A DNA stretch of 64,000 bases. Source: Intoshia linei. Taxonomy: Eukaryota > Animalia > Orthonectida. The notes below the pieces were generated by a model. It worked only from the letters and a program-made list of their open reading frames with translations, ran no database searches and was not told the origin of the DNA. Positions 30,094-45,082 of this stretch are shown piece after piece (position 1 is the first letter of the stretch; each line of letters starts with the position of its first letter). The position numbers and the translations under genes were made by a program. The stretch spans positions 1,582 through 65,581 of the forward strand of contig LWCA01000056.1 of assembly GCA_001642005.1 (NCBI GenBank). The letters run 5' to 3'.

Positions 30094-33000
30094 ATGACAG
30101 TGGAAAATGAAAAAATTAGTCCTAAAGTTTTATATGTACGCCGCCGTAAGAATTCCTTTATGTACGATGAAAAGTATAAGGAGAGTAAACAATTTTTAAA
30201 ATCGGACTTGTTTATTTTTAGGCAAGACGTTAAATCAAACAGGTTTTACATTTTTATTTTATATTTTTCTCTGATTATTATTTGATAAGTTTGAATTTAT
30301 TGTGAATTTTTATAAATACAGTGTGATTGTGTGGGTTTATTTCAATCTAAAATTTTAGTTTCTTTTAAAATTTAAAGTTGACAAATTTAAATTATTAATT
30401 TATAGTACAGTTCAATAATATTATATCACTTTTAATGTTTATTAAATTTGAATAATTAGACTAGTCAAATTTTAAATCAAAACATGAACCGTTCAAATAT
30501 TTAATAGTCGGTTTTCGCCTACTGAATTCGGGGAAATGTAAGTTTTACATTTGAAGTAGGCTTTGTAAATTCGGTAGAAAAATTTAAAATTTAAATTCAA
30601 GTTGACAAAAATTTAAGGATTATTACCTCTACTATTAAAGGTTACCTCAATATTTTCTAATATGTTAAATATATCAATTATATTCAACATTTTAGATATT
30701 ACTTATTTTTAATAGAAATATATAATCATAATTATCATCAAGTAAATTGAATATATTGATATTACATATAAGAAAGGATATAATCAAAATTAAGATATGT
30801 TTAATAATGTATTCAATCCAATTTGTATTCATTTTAAATTGATTTCTAAAATTTATTGGAAATAGACATTACATTTATCTTTTATAATGATTCACTATTA
30901 TTACACATCACTTCACTTAATTATAGTATAACATTTTTATTTTAATTAACCTCATTTTACTGACATTATAGTATATATATTTATTGGATATTTATTTAAA
31001 TTAGCTTAAGCAAAGAGTTGTTGCGTTTTGAACCACCCCACTTTATTTCAAACTATATTATCAACCCAATTAAATTATTTTTCTATGGACATTATTAAAT
31101 ATTTAAACATATCATTATTTACCTAAAAACTGCGTGTAAATATATTTCGTATTCGGTCATGGATATTTAACAATTATTATAATTTTATAGCGTAGTTTAT
31201 GGACTAAAGCCTTTGTAGGCTTTATTCTTGAAATCTATACCTTAGATAATATTAAATTATTATTAAGTAACATAATAAATAACATGTCAAGTCTTCCCAT
31301 TTAAGACAAATTATAAAAATATTTCATTAAAAAATTTTCAAATCAGATATGTGTACGGTATGTTACACTGTCCAACAAAATTTCGACAAACTAACCGAAA
31401 CTTTTGTTATATGTAAGTGAACCAGTATACATATATTTTTAAAAAAAATTTATTAATTTCCAGATCGACTTTGGATTTAATTAAGGGTCAAAGTTTTTTT
31501 TTAAAGAGGTACACTCTACCGTGATGTCTATTTACAATTAACATTGTATAATACAAATGGTAAAATTGATAGATAGACATACATATATATAAAAAAAATT
31601 GTCATTAATTATTTAATTACCTTAATTAATTAACTCTAATTTTAAGGCAACATCGACAAACAATATGAAATAAAAATTTTCTGGATGTACTACTTACATT
31701 ACACGTAAAATCGACTTTTTCGGGTTACCCCTAGACCAGTGGTTCTTAACCTTTTCTGACCTATGCACCCTTGATTAAAAATCAATTAATACAATATTAA
31801 TTATAAATGAAGTGTTAACTAGTTACTTAAATTAAACAGATAAAATTTAATAATTAAAGCTGATTTTGTGACAATAATGGTCGTGGAGAGGCAGCAGTAG
31901 GTCCGGGCTCGATGGAAAGTATAGGCCCATATAAAAAATTTTTTAAAAATGGACCTCTATACATTAATTAATCGAACGTTCATTATTTAAAAATTAAAGA
32001 TTAAAAATTTCCAATATATTGATTTCTTGATTTCTTTTTAAATCACAAACAGTAATCATATGGACTCTTTCTTTTATGGTTTGATTTCTTTCAAAATTTC
32101 GTCGAGGTCCCTGGAAGAAGCTATCGGTATGATAGGTTCGGCACTGACTGGGTTTTTTCGTTTGTTTATGAATTATATATAAAGTATAGTAAAGTATGAA
32201 TTAATTGACTACTAAAAATTAAAGTTTTAAAATTAAGAAATTATGTTTAATTTCAACAAATATAAATGAAACCGAATTTTCTAATTTATACTAATAAAAT
32301 TTCAAAAACAATGAAAACGCACCATTTTAAACGTATTAACAAATTACTCATTTTGATTTTACAGTGTACAATTAATAATGTAATTAAATGTAATGTTAAT
32401 GCGATGGCAGTGTCTTGCTAATCGTAATGCAACAATCAATTGATAAAATCCTGTTTTAATTAAATTGCGTAATTACTAATTACTAAAAATGAAAAAATTT
32501 CAAAAAATTAAAAGTCACTGTTCAAATTTTTACAAAAATTTAACTCCCTTCCCAACCAAACCAATTACAATAAAAATAACTAGCCCATCTGAAAAATCCA
32601 AGCAAATTGAACTTACAGACTCACCTAAATGTGAAAGTAACCCATGCGAAACTTCAACATCTAAAATTACTGAAAATGTGCCAATTATTAAGTATTTTTG
32701 ATCAAATTTAAATATTTTATTATTAATATTATTAAATTTAGAACATCAGATGAATTTTTAATTACACCATTTGCTCAAATTTTGGGATGTCTTTCGAAAA
32801 CGATATTAAATTTTGATAATTTTAAACAAATTGCTGGAAATAATGACGATAAAGAAAATATTCACAAAATGGGTATTTTTTTACAATATATTATTTTAAT
32901 TTATAATACATTTATACCATTATAGCGGATGAAATATCAAGTAATTTGAATTGGTGTCTTAAACTGTTGAAGGAAATCCATATTAATCATTCATTAAGCG

Positions 33001-36000
33001 ATTTAACAAATAAAAAATTTGTTCGACTGCTCACTGAAGAACTTTCTCCAATTGATAACAATCAAATAAATGACTATATTTACGCTAATTTTTTAGGTAA
33101 TTTATAATTTTAATTATAATATAATTTACATTTAATTTGATAACACTAGCCTGTCTGTTTTGTAATTTGTACAAACAGTATCTAGGTCTCTGAGGGTGGA
33201 ATTTTTTAAATGTATACTTTCACACATGTAGTATATTATGTATGAAATTTTTTCATTTTAATTATCTGAAAATTAAATCACTTTCTAAGTATTGTTATAA
33301 ATTCAAATTTTTTTAAAATTAAAACTATCAAAAATGAAATTTTTCATGAAGAAATTGAAATGTATTATAAATGTATTAATAAATTTTTTTGAATTTTTAT
33401 TAATACAAAAAATGAATACTAAAGTGATTTTTTATGGTGAAAGGGTCAATTTGTGATATTGACATTTTTGGTGTATTTTAACTGGAAATAACTGTATTAG
33501 CTCGGATGTAATAACTAAAATATCATGCTCAGAAATTGATGCCTCGGGTCAAAAACCTAAATTACTTTTTTTTTTGAATTTAAGAATTGTCTCTGAATTG
33601 AGGTTTTTTAAATTGAGACAGCTTTAAATAATTTTTAATCTTGTAAAATTTATTGTTTACGTTATAATTAATGTGATAGAAACTATGAAATTTTTTTTGC
33701 AAAAACTGAAATTCCATCGCGGCACGAGGTCAAGGATCCCTGAAATAGACCATTAAAATTATGTTAAAAAATTAAATTTAAAATCCCATCCATACTTACA
33801 TGTTGCAAGAATTGTAGTTATCTATTATATTTCAAATTTTAATGCTCATTACAAAATTGTAAAAAATATACATTTTAACATACGAATCATTTTAATCAAT
33901 TTAACAGACACACATATGGAATTTGATAGTTTATCAAGATTACGTCGCATTTCGAAACTTTCGTCTATTCACGAAGAAACAAAATTAAAAAAATTGCAAA
34001 AATACAAACCAAAACAAAAATATCTGTTTGGTGTTCCTTGTAGCGATGAAGAAAAAATGATTGAGGTATTAACATTAAAATATAGTTTTAATCTTTTTTG
34101 TTACAATATTGTACAATATTGTATTATAATAATTCAAATAATGAAAAAACATAATATGATAATCAAATATGATAATAATGTCAGATTGGACTATTGGTTA
34201 TTCCAGCAATCTCACGTTACTATTATAGTAATTATTGCACTTTAGTTAATTAGGAAGATTCTTTTGTTTGCTTATAACAATAGAACAACAGAGTTTACAC
34301 GAGTGATCTTTTGGGACATAACGCCATTACTAGTTTAACGTTCCCCAGTTGAGAAAAACTGTTTAAACTTTAAACATATATCTAATTGTTAATAATAATA
34401 CTTAGACTAATATACATTTTATTTTTTTAATAGTTAATGAATGATTGCTGTAACTGGAATTTCAACATTTTGCAGTTATCGGAGTTGACTAATAATCGTC
34501 CATTAACTTCAATTTTTTATCAAATTTTGCGCCAAGAAAATTTGATTAATTTATTAAAATTGGACGAAAAAAAATTGATTTCTTTCATTTCTATTATAGA
34601 ATCTCTCTATAATAGTAAATTACCGTATCATAACAAGTATTTAATTTTTTATTTTTATAAATTATAGTTTTATATGGTATGTTACCTTCTGTGTGAGGTT
34701 TAAAGTTTTATGAAACTACCGGTTTGCATGACATAATACAATTATAAAAATTAATTTTAACCAAACCTAAAGGAACACATCAATCTTAGGCCTATCTTTA
34801 CCCAATCTAAAGGCCGCATAATTGACACCCTGATCATGATTTTGAAACTTCATATGGATGGTAGCATACACTCTGTGCCGTGTAGAGATTCGTCATTCTA
34901 AAATGAGTTTACATTAAAGATTTGTTTGCAATTGTAATAGAACCTGATTTCGAGATTCTGAACCCAATTAATTAATTTATAATACTATTTGTTGATTAAT
35001 ATAATTTATATTTTTAAGATTTGGTCTAATCCAGCCTCTGGATACCAATTCTGGTTTGGCTTCTTTGTTGATGTGATATCACAAAAATGTTAATTTTTTT
35101 GTGCACGCAACATTAAATTTTAATATATAAAATTATATAGTATTCAGTGATATCTAGTAACATTTTTTTTACAATACTGAAATATCGTGCCACAGACATT
35201 AAAAATCTCTGCATGTGTAATAATTTATCACTAATACATTTACTAAAATGGTTTTTTAATTTTTCGGACCGTTCTATCTTGGCATGGCACTTAATACATG
35301 TGTAAATTTATAAATATCTAGCCTCCATGCTGCAGATGTTACTAAATCTAGCTATATTTTGAGTCAAATGAATCCAGTTAAAGTAAATAATTATATATTA
35401 ATTTATGATTTTAAAATCCGTATCAGAGTGTATATTTCTTTATATTCTCGAACTCGTTTGATTTTCAAAAAAAAGGAAAATTTATTTTGGTAACACTCCC
35501 GGAAAAAACTGTAATTGAAATGTGGACTTTATAAAATATTAAGACTGGTAGTTATTGAAATAAACGGTAACACACACAGACAAACAAATAGTACAAAGTT
35601 TATTATATAAGTAATGATATACAGTGCCCCAGTAATATTATTTTTTATGGAATTATATTATTTATCTCGTGAGACCCTTCCCAGCGCCAACACGTTTTTT
35701 TCACGATTTACTTTAACTAGTGTTCACCAAACTTTTTTTCATCCTCACCCTTTTAAGAAAATACTATTTTGTAATTATTCAAAGTTGGCAAATATTATAC
35801 TACAATTGTATCTGAATTTTTTTTAATGTATTTCGATAACGGCGAAGATTCACTTGAACGATGTATTATTAGAGCGTTAAACTTAAGCTTAAGATTTTTT
35901 GACCAAATTTTTGTGGGTTTTTTTGCTATTTTTGAGTATAATTTTTTCAATTTTATTGAAAATAATTTTGATAAAGTTTTTAGGAATTTGAAGTTTATTT

Positions 36001-38006
36001 CACCCAATTTTTAGAGATTTTAAAGTATTTTTGGTCCCAAAATTTGGTTAGGGTTTTTAAAGTAATTTTTTTTACCCAATTTTAAAAGATAATTTTGGTA
36101 GGGTTTATAAGGGAAAATATTTTGAAGATAATTTTATATCATTTTTAAGGAAATGTTTTTTACATTTGAAGGGATCTTTAAAATTTGGGTTGATAACAAA
36201 TCACTGAAGAACAAATTGTGGACTCTAAATTATCTTCAAAATTTAAAAATGGCGTGAAAAAGTTTCCCCTAAGGATTCCCTAATTAAAACTACAAAAATT
36301 TCATGAAAAAATGAACAATATGATAAATTTGTAAAATCAATGTAAAATTATATCGCTCTAAGATGTATCGCTACAAAAATAAATCGCACAAATGAAGATC
36401 GCTCTAGAGAAATTGCTCCCGATTCAAATAGATAACGAAGCTCAATTTCAAAATATTTACTTTTTTGACCTCAAAGGAAACATGGAATATAGAATATTTA
36501 TGAAAAAATGGGATTTTTCCCTGAAGGTTTGAAATGATATTTTTTATTGCTGTTGGGATAAAAGTGGGATTTTTAAAATAATAATGTAGCGGTTTTCTAG
36601 GCTTTAGGATAAATTCCCAACTTGTGGCAACTCTGTAATAAATATTAAAAATAAACAAAAGTTAATATTCTATTTGAATTTCAAGGACCCAGACATATCG
36701 TTTTGGACCCTAAGGGGTCCAAGGACGCCAAATCTGGAACAACTGCTCTGCAGAATAGACGTCTGCGCTAACCACTTTGGATAACACTTTTTTAATGTAA
36801 AAAATCAAAAATATTTTGCCTTTCTTATCATTGTCTTAATGATTAAGACTTAATCAATCTACGTTGAACTTATATTTAGAAATGTCTTTCTAATTTGGAT
36901 TTATTTTCATTAATTTTTGCTGCAGCAATTCATGATGTTGATCATAAAGGATTATCGAATAGTTTTTTAAGCAAAACAAGTAAATTATTCTGAATAAAAA
37001 TAAAAAACATTGAAAATTTAATTCATGTAAAATTTAGATCTTGAATTTGCCATTTTATACAACGACAATTCAATTTTAGAAAACCATCATTTAGCCACAT
37101 CATTTGCATATTTACAAAACGAGGATTTAAATTTTATCAAATCTTTTTCCATTAGCGAGAAAAGTAAATTTCGGAGAACAGTTATAGATATTGTAATTAA
37201 TAATTTAATGAAATGTTTATAAAACTATAAATTAAATATAAAAGTGATTAGATTTATTATTTAAAATTTAGATTGTTTAAAATGAATTCATTTAGGTCTT
37301 GGCTACCGACATGTCCAAACACATGAATTTATTATCAGAAATGACGACATTCTTGGAAACTAAGGTTGAAAAAAATAGCGAAATTTCTTTAACTAAATAC
37401 AACGAAAAAATTATTGTACTAAAAAACCTGGTACATTGCGCTGATTTGGGAAATCCAACAATGGAATTGCCAGTTTATCAGCATTGGGTAAAAGCCATAA
37501 TGGCAGAGTTGTTTAGTCAAGGGGACATTGAAAAATCTCTAGGTATGACTACGAGTCCCATGTGTGATAGAGAAACCGCTAGCATTGAAATGAATCAGGT
37601 AAATTTGATTGTACATAATGAATTTAAATTGGGGATCAAAAATAAAAAATTATTCATTTTAAAATGTTAGTCCATTAAAATATTTAGTCAGTTCTTTTAA
37701 AATTACGCTGGTTTTAATGTATCATATCTGGTTATTAGAAACCTTGCTTTCAATTTAGATAAATGTCAAATTAACTAGGTTTTCTGGTTATTTGACCCGC
37801 GAGTCAAAAATTTTAGCGGCCACTGCAATAATTTACCTATAAAATTTAATTTATTCATTTAGATTAGTTTTATAAATGTAATTGTTATACCTATATGGGA
37901 CATTTGGTCTCAGCTTGTACATCCCCATGCAGATTTTATTATGAAACAGATCAATGTGAATAAAGAATATTATCAAAGTATTATAGATGTTGAAAATAAA
38001 AATTAA
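30094..38006 (+). CDS. PDE4: cAMP-specific phosphodiesterase 4 (dunce-like), with two candidate first exons (30094 and 32489)
   Basis: UCR1 (RRRKNSFMY; EFLITPFAQILGCL), UCR2 (NLNWCL..KKFVRLLTEEL), catalytic motifs PYHNNLHAADV, AAAIHDVDHKG, LENHHL, LATDMSKH, VHCADLGNP, ELFSQGD, SPMCDR, NQISFI. TAA at 38004-38006. Confidence 0.93.
31366..31736. mobile_element. Second, truncated copy of the Chapaev3 terminus
   Basis: Near-identical to 8985-9363, preceded by TTA; ends where a hAT TIR (CAGTGGTTCTTAACC) starts at 31737. Confidence 0.85.
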
Positions 38007-38028
38007 TTGTAAATTTAAATATAATTAT

Positions 38029-41000
38029 TTATTTGTTCAGATTGACAATTGGAACAATTTCGCTTTCGTTTATTATTTTTTCATCGCTTCCAGAGCATAT
38101 ACCTATAATTATTATTTGTTAATCACAATGTAAAAAAACAAAAATCTATACATGTACCATTACAATCTATCAAATTTTCTAGAGAATTTGATATAGTTTA
38201 AATTTTTTTTAAATTTTCAACAATATTTTTATGGGTCAAAAATGAAATTGTAACCGGTAATGTCAATATTATGATCTGATCAAGCAGAATCACGCATAAT
38301 TCGTATCCCGAAAATGAGAAATTTATAAAATTAACACTTAAATTTATAAACTTTGTTAAAATAAAATTATACTAAAAATAATAAATAATAGTAAACATAC
38401 CTTTGTAATGATATTTTGATCGCCTGTCAATTGGTTTAATTATCTAAATTATTTTATTTAATGTATAATACATTTAAACTTTAAATGCGCACATTAGAGA
38501 TTTATCGATAGTCATCATTCCACCAGCATTGTCAAATTCTCCGCAGTAATTGGGTGCTAAACAAATACATTTGACAAATAAATATTTAAATAATTAATTA
38601 TAAGGGAAGAAAATAACAATATACAGACAGTTTTCAAATTATTACCTGAAAATAAAGTAACAACCTGTCTTCCATGCGCAAATTCGTAACCATCTTCAAC
38701 AACCTATATAAAAATTAATAATTACATTAAGACTCAGGCGGAAAAATTTACTACATGAAAAAATATAATAGACCAGTTATAAGTTTTAACTTGGAACAAA
38801 TGGGTAACTTTGAAAAATCAAAACATTCATCAATTCTACTACTGTATACCATTTATATGTATATTTGAATTGCAAAAGCGACCATGTTGCTAAACTTTGG
38901 GTAAACAATTTAATCTTTGCAAGAAAAATTAAAAAAAATATTTGCATGCCAAATTGAAATTAGATAACTAACCGAAATATGTTAAATACTGAAATAATAT
39001 ATAACCTGGTGGGCTCTAATCAAAACATCAAAGTCATGAAGATTTAAAAATTTTGTTACAACAGTTTTTCCAAAGGTAAACGATACTCCCCTGTCGTTCT
39101 CACCCCAAACATCATTATAGGGATCAGGATCAGACCACAATAAATCGCATAGTAAACCTAAACAGAATAATACAAATATATTCAACACAGCGCCGTGTTG
39201 AGCTAAAAGAGTTAATTTATATTAATTTGGAAATGAACAGCGCCAGTCAACTACTTGAACTAATTAAAATCCAAATTTTGACAAAAAATAAATAAATATT
39301 ATATAATTGTAATTTATATCAATAGAGGTGAAATTTTTTTTTTTGATTTGGTCCACAGGTAAAAAATAGTGTTATCCCTGATTTAAAGTATAAAAATATA
39401 TTTTTAATTAATTATATATAATAAAAATTATTTTACTGGGGTTAAAGTTTTAGAAACACTAAATTAAATGTTAATACAATAAAATGATAATAAATTCAGT
39501 ACAAACCTGTGTCAGGTATATCGATGGGTCGGACGATTTTTTCTATTTGACTCATCTCTTCAAGATCAGGTGAAAGACCTATCAATAAATATAATAAACA
39601 TTAATACACAATTAGTCATAAAAATACGCAAGTAGTAAAGGTTAATGATAAATTGTATAATTAATCTATACTTAAAATTAATTCTTTTGGGACCAATTTT
39701 TTATCTTATCTGATAATGTGTAATACATGGTAATTTTAATTTATGGTAGTTATTATAAAACATGGTTAACACTATGCGTATGGCAAAATTTTAATTTTGT
39801 TTGTATTTCTATATTTTGCAACTACTGCATGAAGTATATAACACAAATGTTACCAATGGAAAATTATAAAAGAGATTGATCATGATTAGGCCGTGGAGAG
39901 GCAGAAGTAGGCCAAGTCAGATGAAAATTGTAGGCCCCTTATAAAATGTTTTTCTATACATTGCTTAATCGATAGTGCATTATCTAAAAATTATCAATAA
40001 CTGTTCGAAATCGCATTGGTTATCGAAATTTTGATATATTTAATAAATTTTCCAATATTATCTATTAATAAATTAAAAAAGTAGTCCCTCATGATTGTAG
40101 GTCCGGGACATATGACCTTAGCCACCTCTCTACGGTTCTGATCATGATTAGGGCAATCAAAAGTCACGAAAATACATTTTTGAAACGTAAAAAATATTCA
40201 ATTACCATCACTATTATACCATATTATATAAATTAATTGGCTAATTAAAATTTTAATAAATAATAGAGAGTTTTCCCTTGTCAACCCTAAGAGACAGAGC
40301 CGAAAATACCAATTTTGATGTCATCCGAAAATTAAAAATAGAACCCAAATTTTTTTTGCAAACGATGTGTAGTGTCACATGGCCCTTAGGCACCTTTTAA
40401 ATATAATACACAAAATAGGTAATAGTCAAGAATATATTATTTATACTATTATATTAATACTCAATTTGGTAAAAATCACTATGATGCTACCATGTTACTA
40501 AAATTTTATTGTAGCCCCACCCGACGAGGGTTTCGGTACGATAGGTTCGGCAATGTTGACAAGGATTGTAGGATTGTCTACAAGGGATTGAAAAAATATA
40601 AAAAATTCACATAAAAATGGTCACTCACCATTGGTCAGCATAAAATTATAAATTATTTTTTGATACCTCCATGACAGCAGAATAATTTGTTCTCAATTAT
40701 AGCTGCAACAGGTAAACAATTGAAGCAATCTGTAAATAATTTCCACATTTTTACATTGTAACGACGTTTACCTAAAATAATAATTACAGTTGTTATAAAA
40801 AATGTACGTTTTCATTTTTTATCTCTACCATTTCACTTTCAATGTGATAAAAAATTACAATCGATGTGATAATTGCTAAATTCAAATGTTAATAATGTTA
40901 CACTGTAATATAAAATACACTGATAAATTTTATATATATTATCACATAGTTCGTAATTATTATCATATTGCAAGTGGAATGGTATAGATCAGGGATACCC

Positions 41001-44000
41001 AAACCTGTCGATCGCAGATGATTTTCTAGTCGATCACCAAAATTAAAAAATTAGAATTAATTTTTTATTTTAATAAGACTCGTCATTAAAATAATCTCTA
41101 TTTTAATATTTATAAAATTTAATTGTATATATATTGTTAAAAAGTAGTTCATTATATGTGGAGTGCCGGAAGTTTATTTATTTAACCATTTCTCTAGCAA
41201 TATTATTAAATGATATACTTGCTACATTAAATTGTAACGTTTTTATTAGTCCACTAATTCTTATACTACGTTTTTCCAATAATTTTCAAATATACAGCGA
41301 AAGTGCTTCGAATTATTCCGAATTTTAATTTTTTTTTCTACGATCGTACTTTTTAATTTTTAACATAGGTTCCGATCAGAAACATTCCTCTGGTCAATGT
41401 ATCAGTCGATCGTCACTTATTGAAAAATTTTAAAGTCGATCGCATCAAAAAAAGGTTGAACACCCCTGGTATAGATCAGCGGTCTTAAATGCCGCTCCGC
41501 GGAAAATGTTTTTGAAGATTGACATACAATAAAATTTATTGTATAAATCAGGGTGGTCCTAAGAATGCTCGCTGGCCGCATGCGGCCCACTAGATCCAAT
41601 TCTTTAGTAACATATTGTGCAAAACAGGTATATAACAAAATTATATAATAAATATATTATTGAATATTGACGTGGAATTTCTAACAAGATTTGCTGATTT
41701 TGATTCTATTAAACCTAAATTGGAGCTTTTGAATAATAGCTATGGATGTAGAAATTATAAATATGTCACACAATCTATAATTAAAGTTGTTTGAATTACA
41801 ATCAGATTCTTTCATTTTAATAATTTAAGAAAAAATTTTTTTTCAAACCAAAAAAATCTGATTTGACCATCTGTGAAATAATGTAGTTTATAGCTTATTT
41901 CCAATTTTAGCTAGACACACATAAAATTTGTTGAGACGCACAAAGCGTCATGGCGCACCGTTTGAAAAACATTGGTTTACAGAAATATCGTAATTACCAC
42001 ATTACCTAGCATTATTTATTTTTTAGAACATTAATTCTGTATTAATTGTGTACTAATTATTCTCAACTTCTTAGATAATAAAATATTTTGAAGAATGATG
42101 AAATAATTATGTAAAATTTCTTTTTGGCCCCCACTCGCCATATGATTGGACCATCCTGCTTTAAATTATTATTGATTTTAAAATTAATTAAAAAAATTTA
42201 TAATTTATTTATTTTCGTATTTTCTTAGTAATTTCGTATTAAGAGATTTGTATTTCTTTAGTAAGAAAGTACCGTTATTTACAATCTTATTTTTTCTGGA
42301 ATTTAAGCTATTTATGACAATTTTTAAGATTGTACTGTTTTTACTTTATTTTTAAGATTATACAATAGGGGTGTTCCAAATTTTTATAAATTAAATCCAA
42401 ATACTGATAAAGTTGCGTGTGATAATTTTATGATAATCGTGAAAATTTTTAGTGGAAGAGCTTGCCATTTTAAAAATTTTATACAAAAATGTTCTACAAA
42501 AACTAAAATATAACTTTATTTACTGGAATGTTACGATGAGATCCTGTTGTTATGTCTTGAGTGGTCGTGTGTTGGTCGTCATGTTTGGTTGTTCATTTTG
42601 CACCTTTAAATTTAATTCTACCTCGTTTACTTAATATTTTATAGATGTTTAAAGTTCTTATAATTATATAAAAATTATCATTTTTCATTGATATAAATTT
42701 TTACTAAAAACAAAGATGTCCCATCGGCAAAGCTAGGTGCTGTTTGTACGTAGTACATAACAGTCAAGCTAGTTTTTTATAAAATTATAAAAATAAAATA
42801 CAGTACAGTCAAACAGCGCTTAACGATTAGTAGATAATTTTTTTACTACAATTTACTGGTAACTATATTATGCAAGTGTTAATAAAATAATTAAAAAAAA
42901 AGTAAACAGAAATTTAGGGAATTCTTAATCAATGAAAATTGACAATATTGTATAATGAAAAGTTATAGAAAAAAATAATTAAATATGTCAAGAAATCAAG
43001 ACTTTAGATTAAACCAGACGACACAAACTTCCAAATAAACATTATCAAGATAATATAAAGCATTACATTCATCAAAAAATCCGTAGATACGATTTATTGA
43101 CGCACATTCATGATTTCCGCGGAGTAAAAATATATTATTTGGATATTTGATTTTATAAGATAATAACAAGCAAATGCATTCCAATGACTGTTTACCTCTA
43201 TCGACATAATCGCCTAAATTATTTAAGTTTATAGCAATTGCAATTCGAATAACAAAAATTACCTAGAAATAAATAGTTTGTGTTTGGTGGGAAATTCGCA
43301 TGCGAAAACAATCTCAAAAGATCATTAAACTGTCCGTGAATATCTCCTAAATTTAAATATATATTTAAAAGTACACTGCAATAATCTATATAATGTTCAA
43401 TCATAAGTTGCAAAAAAAACTTGGGACTAACGATAACGACACATCCACAATAAAAATGAATCTTAACTATAAATAGCAAAAACCTTTATAAAAACCAAAC
43501 AAAAAAATAAAAATATATTATTATAGGGCAGTGAGTTTATTTCTAAATCGATATAAACAGCGAAAAGTTTAAAACGAGCTTCAGCATTCTCTCCACAATT
43601 CGCCATTAATTTAAAATATAAACTATCAGTTTTAAAACTATTTTTCAAAATAAGTTAAGTTATTTTGTTTTATATTTAATTTAAATTTTAAAGGTTTTAT
43701 CTTCTCTTTCTATAGTTTTAAATTCTCCATCCCGCCAACTTTTTCTAAATCCCAAGAATGGCGAGTTATAGAGAGAATACTGTATATACCATTTCACAGA
43801 GGGTCAGTTACATTAGATTTTTTTGTTTTTTGAACGGAAACAAATTTTATCTTAAATTTGCAGTTTCCCTTAAAAAATCGTATACTATATAACAGATTCT
43901 CAGATAATAAATAGCATTAAAAATATTTTAACCCCTGATGCGTATCTGTCATTCTTATAAAACATATATCAAGACTAACAATCGTACAAATATTTCAATA

Positions 44001-44467
44001 ACATTACTATAATAATTTTTCTAATTAAATCAAAGGTTATGTGATATTTCTATCAAAAAATCATATTAGAAATATAATAGCGAATATTATTATTTTGTAT
44101 TCTTGGAAAATTTTACTTTTCATTGTCCATTTAAATTTCACCACACAGTGTTTATAAATTATGGCGCGGTTTATAAGATTAATAAAAAAGAGCAAAATTA
44201 AAATAAACACATTTCGATGTAAAACTATAAAAAGTAAATTACCACATATAGTTAAAGGAGCGTCAAGATATAAAAGGCTTGGTTGGTTAAGAATAATTTG
44301 ATGACTTTTGGTAACAACTTGTATGATGTGTTTTTCTTCTAATGGTATAATTTTATCTCTTCTTTGAAACCTTGCTAAAATATAAATAAATAAAATGGTA
44401 CATTATTACCATTTTCCAAAGTGTCGATAAATTTATCCAAATCAAATGGTGATTCAGATGTAGACAT
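38029..44467 (-). CDS. PPP1C: Serine/threonine protein phosphatase 1 catalytic subunit, divergent paralogue, 11 exons
   Basis: [101 protein letters not shown]. Confidence 0.95.
39887..40140. mobile_element. hAT MITE with Ac-type target
   Basis: TIRs TAGGCCGTGGAGAGG...CCTCTCTACGGTTCTG; perfect TSD ATCATGAT. Related ends near 22919 and 31878. Confidence 0.82.
40990..41468. mobile_element. hAT MITE abutting a second hAT MITE that starts at 41477
   Basis: TIRs CAGGGATACCCAAACC...GGTTGAACACCCCTG; perfect TSD GTATAGAT; subterminal GTCGATCG motifs. Confidence 0.85.
42366..42710. repeat. One arm of the foldback element at 45497-46090
   Basis: Near-identical to 45497-45820; explains the similar ORFs 42452-42634 and 45720-46016. 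Confidence 0.85.
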
Positions 44468-45082
44468 TGTAATAAATTACATAAAACTTGTAAAACAAAT
44501 AATCTCAATATTGGTTACAGAGTATTTGGTTAATATAATTTAAAATATTGAAATACAATAGTAATGTAAACACATTCGTATATTTAAATTTAAATTATGT
44601 ATTTAGACTTTATTTTTTACCATGTAACTTTTTTTATTTTGATAAATTGTAAAGTCAAAACGTAATTTGAATACAATGAACCAATTGTATTTGATTTAAG
44701 GTTTCATTTTTTATTTATGCAACTGTTGTACAAATTATTCCATTAACTCATTTTATTCTAGAATCTAGATTTTAACTATTAAAGTTTAAGTCTTAATGTT
44801 AAGGCATTGTTTAAGCATTATATAAATTAGAAATGTCATCACTGCCTAAAGAAAAAATTATAAAATTGATAACTAAAATTCAAACTTAAAGTTTTAAATT
44901 TAAAACGTCAAGTGAAGAGTGTCAGAACCTAATATCTGAAAAAATATTTTAAGAATTTATTTTCATTTCTGGAAGGCCTCGCGCTCGGTAGGTTGGTCTT
45001 TGTCGTCAACCAAAATAAATTTTAGATTTAATTCAACTTTTAGACATAATGAAAAATTATTTTTTGTGCACTTTTGGGTATA

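Noticed and set aside
32120-32150. GGTTCG motif (also near 40545) as a tRNA T-loop
   Set aside because: No cloverleaf; it is the terminal GGTTCGGCACTG of a hAT MITE.
34680-35080. Slightly GC-richer PDE4 intron segment with small hairpins
   Set aside because: No recognisable RNA motif, ORF or termini; too little to call.
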